26,722 nucleotides of DNA from Candidatus Hodarchaeota archaeon. GTDB lineage: Archaea; Asgardarchaeota; Heimdallarchaeia; Hodarchaeales; Hodarchaeaceae. The notes under the pieces were generated by a model. The model made no database searches, was not told the origin of the DNA, and was given only the letters and a program-made list of their open reading frames with translations. Each line of letters starts with the position of its first letter. Position 1 is the first letter of the stretch. The stretch covers positions 1 through 26,722 of the forward strand of contig JAEOTM010000134.1 of the NCBI GenBank assembly GCA_016839815.1. Direction: 5' to 3'. This document shows, piece after piece, positions 1 through 7,930 of the stretch. Position numbers and translations under genes: made by a program.

Positions 1-1745
1 GCACCTTGCTGAGCTTGTTGAGCATATAGTTTCTGAGCTAGTTCATGAGCAATTTTTTCGAGATCTTCACTCTTCTTTGTTATCTCAGCAAAATTGCGTG
101 ATTGCATTGAGGATTTAAGTGATTCAATTGTACTCTCTGCATTACTCTTTATGGAAGCATCTACTTGCTCACCCATGTCTTTTATCATTTTGTCAACTTG
201 ATAAATGAGTGAATCTGCTTTATTAAATGCTTCAGCTTCTTTTAATCGTTCTTCATCTTCTGCTTCATATTTAGAAGCTTCATCAACCATTCGCTGGAAA
301 TCTTTATCGGAAAGTCCACTATCACTTTTTATAGTGATTTTTTGTTCATTACCAGTTCCGAGATCTTTTGCTGATACGTTAACTATACCATTGGCATCAA
401 TATCGAATTTAACTTCAATCTGAGGAACGCCTCGGGGGGCAGGGGGAATACCCACTAGCTGAAATTTTCCAAGTGTTATATTATCAGCAGCCATCTTCCT
501 TTCTCCTTGTAATACGTGAATTTCAACAGATGGTTGATTATCAGCTGCGGTAGAGAAAATTTGGCTTTTATCAGTCGGGATAGTGGTATTTCTCTCTATT
601 AAACGAGTAAATACTCGACCAAGAGTTTCTATTCCTAAAGAAAGTGGAGTTACATCGAGAAGTAGGACATCTTGGACATCTCCAGTTATAATTGCCGCTT
701 GAATTGCAGCTCCTAACGCTACACATTCATCAGGATTAAGTTCCTTCGTCGGTTCTTTGTTAAAGTAATTCCGAATGGCAGATTGGACTGCAGGAACACG
801 TGTAGATCCACCAACAAGCAAGATTTTATCAATTTCAGAGGGTTGCATTTTTGCATCTGATAATGCTCGCCGTGTTGGTCCCATTGCCTTTTCAATTAGG
901 TCTGCAATCATGATTTCGAATTTTGATCGCGAAATTGTCAAATTTAAGTGCTTAGGCCCAGTATTATCTGCATATACATATGGTAAATTGATTTCAGCAG
1001 AACTTTTTTGAGATAATTCAATTTTAGCCTGTTCAGCGGCATCCTTCAGCCTTTGCATTGCTATAGGATCTTTTGAGAGATCTAAACCACTCTGTTTTTG
1101 AAATTCTTCTACCATCCAATCCATAATCCTCTGATCAAAATCATCTCCACCTAAGCGATTATTTCCTGAAGTAGCTTTGACTTCAAATAACCCTTCAGAT
1201 AATTCCAAAATTGAAACATCAAATGTTCCCCCACCTAAATCAAAAACAAGAACTGTAGATTCTTCTTCCTTATCCATACCATACGCTAAAGATGCACTGG
1301 TCGGTTCATTAATAATTCGCAAAACTTCTAATCCTGCAATTTTTCCTGCATCTTTTGTTGCTTGACGTTGGGAGTCAGAGAAATAAGCAGGAACTGTTAT
1401 TACAGCCTGAGTAATAGTTTCTCCTAAATATGCTTCACCATCTCTCTTGAGTTTTTGTAGAATCATTGCACTAAGTTCAGCAGGTTTATAGACCTTATCA
1501 TCAATAGTTACAGAGAAACCAGTTCCCATTTCTCTTTTTATGGATCTTACTGTTCTCTCTGGGTTGGAAATGGCCTGTCTTTTAGCCAGTGTTCCAACAA
1601 CTCGTTCACCTTCTTTTGAAATTGTTATTACAGAAGGAGTAGTTCTTTGACCTTCCGCATTGGGAATAATCTTTGGTTTTCCGCCTTCCATTGTAGCAAT
1701 GGCGGAAAAGGTTGTACCTAAATCTATACCTATTGGTCTAACCAT
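1..1745 (-). CDS. dnaK: Molecular chaperone DnaK (Hsp70), 3' end runs off the window
   Basis: Not in the ORF track; translated by hand from the ATG at 1745: [15 protein letters not shown]...TVPAYF...EPT...[10 protein letters not shown]...LVGGSTRVP...[14 protein letters not shown]...[13 protein letters not shown] at the edge. GGTGA SD at 1753-1757. Lacks the ~23-aa N-terminal insert ([18 protein letters not shown]), as in archaeal/Firmicute-type DnaK. Confidence 0.98.
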   Translation of the reverse strand, partial: MVRPIGIDLGTTFSAIATMEGGKPKIIPNAEGQRTTPSVITISKEGERVVGTLAKRQAISNPERTVRSIKREMGTGFSVTIDDKVYKPAELSAMILQKLKRDGEAYLGETITQAVITVPAYFSDSQRQATKDAGKIAGLEVLRIINEPTSASLAYGMDKEEESTVLVFDLGGGTFDVSILELSEGLFEVKATSGNNRLGGDDFDQRIMDWMVEEFQKQSGLDLSKDPIAMQRLKDAAEQAKIELSQKSSAEINLPYVYADNTGPKHLNLTISRSKFEIMIADLIEKAMGPTRRALSDAKMQPSEIDKILLVGGSTRVPAVQSAIRNYFNKEPTKELNPDECVALGAAIQAAIITGDVQDVLLLDVTPLSLGIETLGRVFTRLIERNTTIPTDKSQIFSTAADNQPSVEIHVLQGERKMAADNITLGKFQLVGIPPAPRGVPQIEVKFDIDANGIVNVSAKDLGTGNEQKITIKSDSGLSDKDFQRMVDEASKYEAEDEERLKEAEAFNKADSLIYQVDKMIKDMGEQVDASIKSNAESTIESLKSSMQSRNFAEITKKSEDLEKIAHELAQKLYAQQAQQG

Positions 1746-1763
1746 TTTGTGTTCACCTTAATA

Positions 1764-2405
1764 TCATTTTTTTGCAATTATTACTTTACTAGGTCTTAAT
1801 AAGGAAGAATTCAGGATATATCCAGCCTGAACTTCTTCTAAAATAACGTTATCTTCTTCTCCTGAGTCTGTTCGGACAGATACTACTTCATGAAAATTGG
1901 GATCGAATGGAGTTCCAAGGGAATTCAGTTTCTCTACACCCTCATTTTTCAAGATAGCTAGGAAATGTTTTTCGACCGCGAGAAAACCATCTTTAAGGAC
2001 TTCCTGCTCATTTCCAGAGTCAACAAAACTATCTCTTGCTTTTTCTAAGGTATCTGCGAAATCAAGAAGCTTAATTATAAGATTAGAAGTAGCATTCTTT
2101 AATAATCTAGATCTTTCGGCGTTTGTTCGTTTTTCTAGATTTTCATAATCAGCTAAAGCGCGAAGATATCGATCTTTATTTTTCTGATTCTGCTCTTCCT
2201 TTTCTTCTAACTTGCTCCGTAATTTCTCAACTGTCTCTTCTAAATCATGAGGGTCAACTTTTTCTAAAGTTTGATTACTATTTGTAACATCGCTAGATGT
2301 AGGTTGAGGAGTTGTAGACTCTGATTCTTTGATTTGATTGTCGATATCATAGAATTCTGATTTATTTTCAGTACTTCTTGGGATTCGGTCTTCCATTAGA
2401 TTCAT
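1764..2405 (-). CDS. grpE: Nucleotide exchange factor GrpE
   Basis: YLRALADYENLEKR, FDPNFHEVV and GYILNSSLLRPSKV motifs; directly upstream of dnaK. The ATG at 2396 (SD GGAGTGA at 2406-2412) is a plausible alternative start. Confidence 0.97.
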   Translation of the reverse strand: MNLMEDRIPRSTENKSEFYDIDNQIKESESTTPQPTSSDVTNSNQTLEKVDPHDLEETVEKLRSKLEEKEEQNQKNKDRYLRALADYENLEKRTNAERSRLLKNATSNLIIKLLDFADTLEKARDSFVDSGNEQEVLKDGFLAVEKHFLAILKNEGVEKLNSLGTPFDPNFHEVVSVRTDSGEEDNVILEEVQAGYILNSSLLRPSKVIIAKK

Positions 2406-3143
2406 TCACTCCGTTTGACTCTTGAGTGTTACTTCTAGCTTATTCATTAGGCTTAATCCGCTTTCTGGTAGCAGATTCTTCTCATTTAGCCTTTTTAGAG
2501 AAGCTAGAAGTTCCGTACGTTTGGTTTTGATTTCTTTTTGAATAAGTCCAATTGAGATTGGAGCGGAACTCCTGAAGATCGTATAAGCCAGTTTCCGATC
2601 TTTTCGGTGATCGTCTCCCTCCAGCTTCATAGATATCGTTTCATGTAGTTCACCTGTTATTGAAAGCTTTTTTCCAAGGATAAAACTTTCAACAGATCCC
2701 AGTTTGTCAAGGATATCATTTAAAGACTGGATTTGTTCTGCATAATCTTGTTGATTACTCTGGACTGCGTGTGAAAGTGTGGAGGCTAAATCATTACTGA
2801 TTTCCTCTAGATGGGAATGTAGATTATCAATTGGTTTGGTTTGATGGCCAATTTCGATATCAAATACATCAATATCAAAAGTATGTTCACTTAGAGTTAT
2901 ACGTACTGACAGATTTTTCGCGATTCGATAGAGTTTTCTTGCTGGGCCATGTGGTCCGTCTACTAGTTCTTGAACCAACCATCCATTCTCTAATAAACAC
3001 TGTAGATGCCTTTGAAGATACTGTTGAGATCTTTCAAGTTCTTTAGCTAGCTGGAAAAGATATTTAGGTTCATGGGCGATTGATCGTAGAATTTTTCTTC
3101 GTGTTTCATTGCCTACAAGCTCGAAGAACTCTTTTTCATCCAA
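2406..3143 (-). CDS. Phr/HSR1-like archaeal heat-shock transcriptional regulator (ArsR-type winged helix)
   Basis: N-terminal GNETRRKIL...QLAKEL...HLQCL...ARKLYRI...LSVRITL resembles Pyrococcus Phr; central helical region and a second HTH-like C-terminal segment. TTG start with AGGAG SD; its TGA abuts the grpE ATG. Confidence 0.85.
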   Translation of the reverse strand: MDEKEFFELVGNETRRKILRSIAHEPKYLFQLAKELERSQQYLQRHLQCLLENGWLVQELVDGPHGPARKLYRIAKNLSVRITLSEHTFDIDVFDIEIGHQTKPIDNLHSHLEEISNDLASTLSHAVQSNQQDYAEQIQSLNDILDKLGSVESFILGKKLSITGELHETISMKLEGDDHRKDRKLAYTIFRSSAPISIGLIQKEIKTKRTELLASLKRLNEKNLLPESGLSLMNKLEVTLKSQTE

Positions 3144-3146
3144 ATG

Positions 3147-3195
3147 AATGTCAAACTCCTATCTTTTACACTTTTTATTTCAGGAGATCGACATT
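3147..3195. promoter_or_regulatory. 14-bp imperfect inverted repeat covering the regulator's SD and touching a TATA box
   Basis: AATGTCAAACTCCT (3147-3160), 21-nt spacer, AGGAGATCGACATT (3182-3195); 12 of 14 positions complementary. A minus-strand TTATAAAT box lies at 3200-3193. Confidence 0.55.
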
Positions 3196-3275
3196 TATAA
3201 CCTACTAAAATAATCTTTGACTAGACACATATTTTTTTGACTAGCAAATTCCATCCAGGAAGTTGTTAAAAGAGA

Positions 3276-4235
3276 CTATTCCTCTTCATCCTCAAAACTG
3301 TCATCAGTACTTAAGAAATCTGGATCCTGGTTCATCATAATACGCATTTCTTCAATTGAGAGTACTTTTTTCTTCTTCGAGCTTAATTTTTCTTGGATAA
3401 TTGCTTTCTGTTCTTCTAAAATCTCGGCACTAGCCTTTTCTCGTTCAAGTTGAACCCGTTCTTTTTGAGCTCGGTTTTGCTCTCTAAAAATACTCGATTT
3501 TTCTCGTAGCGACTTATTTAGAGTACGGAATTCCTCTCGTAAAGTGCGTATCTCATCAGCTCGCTCTAGAAAAGCCTTATGGCATCTATCCGCTTCATCT
3601 TTTGCTTTCTTCCCCGTATCATAAAGTTCCGTTAATTCTTGATGAGATCTTTGAGAATTCTCAACTAAATCCTGAAAATCTTTCCAACTATGGTCTAAGA
3701 AACCTCTTAGATGGTTTATTTCCCTGTTAATTTCTTTTCGTGCTTTAAGCTTTTCAGTGGAGACAGAGATATCGCCTAATTGCTCCATTAGAACATTTAC
3801 TTGCTCAGTAAGCTGTCTTTCTTCTGCAATCCCCATTCGAGATGTTGTTTGAATTTTCCAGTCGAGACTATCAATACGTTTCCTTAAGCTATGCGATTTT
3901 TTGATATCATTTTCTGTGATATCCATTGATTTAATCTCTTCTTGCAGGGATTTAGCCTTTTCTATGAGCTCTTTCATCTCTTCAAGTACACTTCGGCGTA
4001 CTGCCTTAAGTTCTTGAATCGCACGGTTATTCTTATCGCGTTGATCTTTTAATCCTCTTACCTTAGCAAAATTCTCAGATGCCAACTTGTTCAGATTATC
4101 CCTCTCTTCACGATGTTGGTTTCGCTCTTTTTCCAGTTTTCGGAGATTACTGAGTAATTCAGCTTTCTGATCTCGAAGTTGAACAATTTCCTCTCTTAAA
4201 CTTCGTAGATCTTGAACTTCAAAAGCTTTTGTCAT
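3276..4235 (-). CDS. Conserved archaeal long coiled-coil protein (COG1340-like)
   Basis: Almost entirely heptad E/K/R-rich, with the family-like IDSLDWKIQTT...EERQL segment, ADRCHKAF, and a C-terminal KVLSIEEM. Start placed at MTKAF (4235); the ORF extends to 4271. Confidence 0.8.
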   Translation of the reverse strand: MTKAFEVQDLRSLREEIVQLRDQKAELLSNLRKLEKERNQHREERDNLNKLASENFAKVRGLKDQRDKNNRAIQELKAVRRSVLEEMKELIEKAKSLQEEIKSMDITENDIKKSHSLRKRIDSLDWKIQTTSRMGIAEERQLTEQVNVLMEQLGDISVSTEKLKARKEINREINHLRGFLDHSWKDFQDLVENSQRSHQELTELYDTGKKAKDEADRCHKAFLERADEIRTLREEFRTLNKSLREKSSIFREQNRAQKERVQLEREKASAEILEEQKAIIQEKLSSKKKKVLSIEEMRIMMNQDPDFLSTDDSFEDEEE

Positions 4236-4615
4236 ATATATCACACGTACAGAATTAAACTGCCAGTACATAACACTGGTGTCAGTTTGATAACAGAAAA
4301 ACCCGTCAGACTCTACTTCACTGAAAACTGAGGACTTTTTAAATTTGCTTTGCAGGAATATTCTTTCAAAATGTTCGTTAACTATTCTATCCGATGAAAT
4401 AATCGATTTGATTTGACTGAATTACTGGTTTTAGATTAGGAAAAGCTCATGACTTACAGATAGATCTGATTCTGATGAAAAAATAACACGTAAATTACAC
4501 TGATTGCTTTGATTAGACTTTACATAACTCTTAGATTCACTTACAAGTTTTTTGTCTTGTATATTCCTAGTATTGATATCCTCATCAAATTGCTTATTTA
4601 AGATAAATTTTGGTG

Positions 4616-5359
4616 ATGGCCTCACAGATAATGAGAAATCCTTCAACTAGTGCAGTAATTTTTGACTTAGATGGAACTTTAATCGATTCTATGCGTTCAT
4701 TCAATGATATAGTTATTTCTAATCTTGAAAAAAATGGTTTATTTATTACCATAGAAGAAATGGAGAAAATTGGTATCCATTTGCTAGAGAAATTTCAGAC
4801 ACCACAAACAAATAGTGGATTCAGACTAGTTTTCAACATATTTTGGAACATCGGAAGAAAGATGGGTTTAGGAAGAATGAAAGCTATTCGATTTGCTCTT
4901 ACCTGCATTAGTAAAGTCAAATCGGTGTATAGAAATGCCCCGATTTTTCCTGATACCAGAGAAAGTCTCTCTAAATTATCAAAATATGGATTTCAATTAG
5001 GTATTTGCACAAATGCATCACGTAAGCAATTAGAAGACACTATCGAAAAGCACGGCATTAAGGATTATTTCCATCCAAAAGCTCTTATTTCAAGGGATGA
5101 TGTATTTCGGCTTAAACCTGATCCTGAAGGATTACTTCTTGCAATTAAGGCGTGCTCAACTAATCCTCAATTTAGCTACTTCATAGGTGACATGCCAGTT
5201 GATATCTTGGCGGGTAATGATGCAGGGGTCGAAACAATCGGATTAACAACAGGTTTGATCAGTAAATCAGTTTTACAGCGTTATAGCGATCCCTCAACTG
5301 TCGTGGATTCTTTAGAAGAAGCTACAGCATGGATAATAAATACTAAAGCTCTTGACTAA
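4616..5359 (+). CDS. HAD-superfamily hydrolase (Gph/PpaX-like)
   Basis: Motif I FDLDGTL, motif II CTN, motif III KPDP, motif IV GDMPVD. Start uncertain (4610, 4616 or 4631). Confidence 0.9.
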   Translation: MASQIMRNPSTSAVIFDLDGTLIDSMRSFNDIVISNLEKNGLFITIEEMEKIGIHLLEKFQTPQTNSGFRLVFNIFWNIGRKMGLGRMKAIRFALTCISKVKSVYRNAPIFPDTRESLSKLSKYGFQLGICTNASRKQLEDTIEKHGIKDYFHPKALISRDDVFRLKPDPEGLLLAIKACSTNPQFSYFIGDMPVDILAGNDAGVETIGLTTGLISKSVLQRYSDPSTVVDSLEEATAWIINTKALD

Positions 5360-5549
5360 ATATATGATCAATATTGACCATAGATCGGTTTCATTACAGC
5401 TCCTCATGATCCTCTATAGCGACAAAAATAAGGATAAATTTATTTTAACCATCGTTCAAATGCTTGTATAAGTCTGAAACACGATAAATGCTAATTTTTG
5501 GATAAAAGGCAATAAAAACATCTTCATTAACAAAAATGGAAGAAAAAAA

Positions 5550-6599
5550 ATGAACGATTCGAATTTTAAAGAAGTGTTTGCGAAATTAAGTATTCTTGGT
5601 AGGTCTATTGAAGAGAAAATGTATGAATTCCTACTTAGAGATATTCATGATGACTTTAAGGATTTGGTAAAATGGCAAACATCAACAGGTGGAAAGAGAT
5701 TACGCCCAGCATTAACATTACTATTTGCACGGGCATTCGGAGCTTCAGAGGAGAATCTCGAACCTAGATCAGCTGCTGCAGGTATTGAATTAATACATAC
5801 TTACTCTTTAATCCTAGACGATATTATTGATCGTGGAGATCTTAGACGGGGAAAAAAAACCACTAGAGCAAAGTTTGGTGATGAATTTGCGATTCTTGCG
5901 GCAATAATCTACAGAGAAGCAATTTATGAAGCCGCTAAATCTACTGGTAAGTATTTTAAAGATGCACTTGAAGTTTATTCTACAGCAATTCGTCAGTTGA
6001 CAGAGGGCGAACGATTAGACATACTTTTTGAACAAAAAGAAGATAGAGAGAACACATACTTCCAACTCAATCGTTTCACAGAGGTGTCCCTATCGAATTA
6101 TATCGAAATGATTTCAGGAAAAACCGCTGCATTATTAGCTGCTGCTTGTAAACTGGGAGCAATAGTAGCTGGAGCTTCTCTCGAGGAACAAAGGTATGCG
6201 GAAAAGTATGGTCAGGCTGCAGGTATTGCTTTTCAGATTGCAGATGATTACTTGGATATTTTTTCTTCTGCTGACACTTTTGGAAAGGTTATTTATAAAG
6301 ATATAATCGAACAGAAGCTAGGCAATTTCGTGATTGTCCATGCTCTCAGGTTACTTGATTCTACAGATTCTCAGCATTTGAAAAGTTACCTAACGGATAA
6401 AGATATTTCTGATGAAGAACGGATTAAAAAATGTAACCCCCTTATAGAAAAATCCAATGTTAAAGAATTTGTGATTGCTGAGGCACAAAAATGGGCCGAT
6501 CAAGCAAAAAGTAATATCCTAACCCTTGAGTTTAAAGATGCTTCAATGAAAGAGTTGCTAGCCAAAGTTGCTGATTTTTCAGTAAAAAGAGCGTTTTAG
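5550..6599 (+). CDS. idsA: Polyprenyl diphosphate synthase, probably short-chain GGPP synthase
   Basis: GGKRLRP, FARM DDIID followed by RRG, KT, SARM FQIADDYLD. A bulky Tyr five residues before FARM (YSLIL-DD) is typical of short-chain archaeal GGPP synthases. Confidence 0.9.
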   Translation: MNDSNFKEVFAKLSILGRSIEEKMYEFLLRDIHDDFKDLVKWQTSTGGKRLRPALTLLFARAFGASEENLEPRSAAAGIELIHTYSLILDDIIDRGDLRRGKKTTRAKFGDEFAILAAIIYREAIYEAAKSTGKYFKDALEVYSTAIRQLTEGERLDILFEQKEDRENTYFQLNRFTEVSLSNYIEMISGKTAALLAAACKLGAIVAGASLEEQRYAEKYGQAAGIAFQIADDYLDIFSSADTFGKVIYKDIIEQKLGNFVIVHALRLLDSTDSQHLKSYLTDKDISDEERIKKCNPLIEKSNVKEFVIAEAQKWADQAKSNILTLEFKDASMKELLAKVADFSVKRAF

Positions 6600-6609
6600 T
6601 TACCAAGTA

Positions 6610-7221
6610 TTAACTATTCGCTGCTTTTTCCATCTTCTCCTCAATTCCCTCAATTTCTTCTAAACCAGTTTTTAGAATTTTCTCTAACTCGGAAATCTTG
6701 CTTTGTAAGACAGAAATGGTTTCTTCATTTTCTTTTTGAGCAAGCTCCTGACCACAAACTGTACATAAGAATCCAAATTCAAATGCATCAGAGAATGTAA
6801 CTGGAGTATGTCCTTCTTCACAAACATAAAGTAGGTTTCTCTGTTCATAGTCCAAGCGTTGTTTTAATTTCTTTATAGTTTGTTTTCGACGACTTACAAT
6901 TAAATCTCTTATTCTTTCCCAAATAGGAGACCAATAATATACAAAATATCCTGTTTCTTTATCTCGAACGCGTCGGTATCTTGCGAGGGACCTTTCATTC
7001 AATTTATAAAGTGATTTTCTGACTTCTTTAAGAGCAATCCTTACAATATCTCCCTCATCAGAAGGTTCTGTTTTATCACTTTCTTGCTCTGTATCCTTAT
7101 TCAATATATTAACTATATCCTCATCAATGATCTCGCGTTCCTCTAATAAAATATTCAGGACTTTAACTGTTACTTCATCAGTTAATTTTAAAATAACATC
7201 ATCTAGCTGGGAATAGGACAC
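6610..7221 (-). CDS. tfe: Transcription factor E (TFE/TFIIE-alpha)
   Basis: Winged-helix VRKSLYKL...RDKETGYFVYYW and zinc ribbon CEEGH...AFEFGFLCTVCG; GTG start. Confidence 0.93.
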   Translation of the reverse strand: MSYSQLDDVILKLTDEVTVKVLNILLEEREIIDEDIVNILNKDTEQESDKTEPSDEGDIVRIALKEVRKSLYKLNERSLARYRRVRDKETGYFVYYWSPIWERIRDLIVSRRKQTIKKLKQRLDYEQRNLLYVCEEGHTPVTFSDAFEFGFLCTVCGQELAQKENEETISVLQSKISELEKILKTGLEEIEGIEEKMEKAANS

Positions 7222-7295
7222 TTTTAAACCTTCTACTATTAGTTACACAGGTTAAAGTACTGTTTGTATATACTGATAATATATGTTATTAGCAG

Positions 7296-7303
7296 AAAAA
7301 AAA
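7296..7303 (-). terminator. Possible oligo-T terminator after the roadblock gene
   Basis: An A8 run on + (T8 on -) about 16 nt after the roadblock stop; archaeal terminators are typically U-tracts. Confidence 0.3.
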
Positions 7304-7319
7304 TGTTATCATTAGATGG

Positions 7320-7793
7320 TTAAAAGTTTTCGAGTTCTTTGAGTGCTGCCATTATTGATTGGGATTCGGGTTTTTTCATTTTAACAGCAGAGGGTTCAGT
7401 CAATCTATCCATAAGTGATGCTAGCGACTCCGATGATTCTTTCATCCGCACACGAATTAACCCCAGTTGAGCATCCGATTCAGCTACTACCACTAATACT
7501 CCTCGTTCTCCACTTTGAGCGGTTAAAATTTTACCATCTGTGAATTCAGCTAGCATAATACCCAACTCCCCAAGAGTTAATGCGCTTCCTTGTTCTGCGG
7601 CTCCGCAAAACACAGCAGAAGCGATGGCTCCAATACTTTCAAGATCAAAGGCCCCCATAGTTTCTGATACTAATAACCTAGAGGCTCTAGCAATCGTTAA
7701 ACCTGTTCTATCACCTAGTAATGTCACTTTAATTGATGTATCACTTTTTAACAGACGAGTTAACTCGCGGTGTATTTCGTCTCTTTGTTGCAT
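7320..7793 (-). CDS. Roadblock/LC7 (MglB/LAMTOR2-like) domain protein
   Basis: Typical pattern LLGDRTGLTIA...SIGAIASAVF...LGELGIMLAEFTDGKIL...VLVVVAESDAQLGLIR; GGTGA SD at 7801-7805. Confidence 0.9.
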   Translation of the reverse strand: MQQRDEIHRELTRLLKSDTSIKVTLLGDRTGLTIARASRLLVSETMGAFDLESIGAIASAVFCGAAEQGSALTLGELGIMLAEFTDGKILTAQSGERGVLVVVAESDAQLGLIRVRMKESSESLASLMDRLTEPSAVKMKKPESQSIMAALKELENF

Positions 7794-7930
7794 CCAGTTT
7801 TCACCTAATTCTGTTTAACCTTCGATTCATTCTTCCGCTCAACAATCCTTATTTTCCATGTTCCTTATATTCTTTTTCTTATATTTTCTGGGGTCTCGTA
7901 ATAACTAACATTACTTGAATTCTTTTCAAC

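Noticed and set aside
205-2148. Plus-strand ORFs 205-423, 775-1011, 1177-1365 and 1897-2148
   Set aside because: Antisense shadows of dnaK and grpE; antisense ORFs opposite hsp70 genes are a well-known artefact.
4431-4646. 71-aa minus-strand ORF in the gap before the HAD gene
   Set aside because: No recognisable motif, overlaps the HAD start head-to-head, and lies in an AT-rich divergent promoter region.
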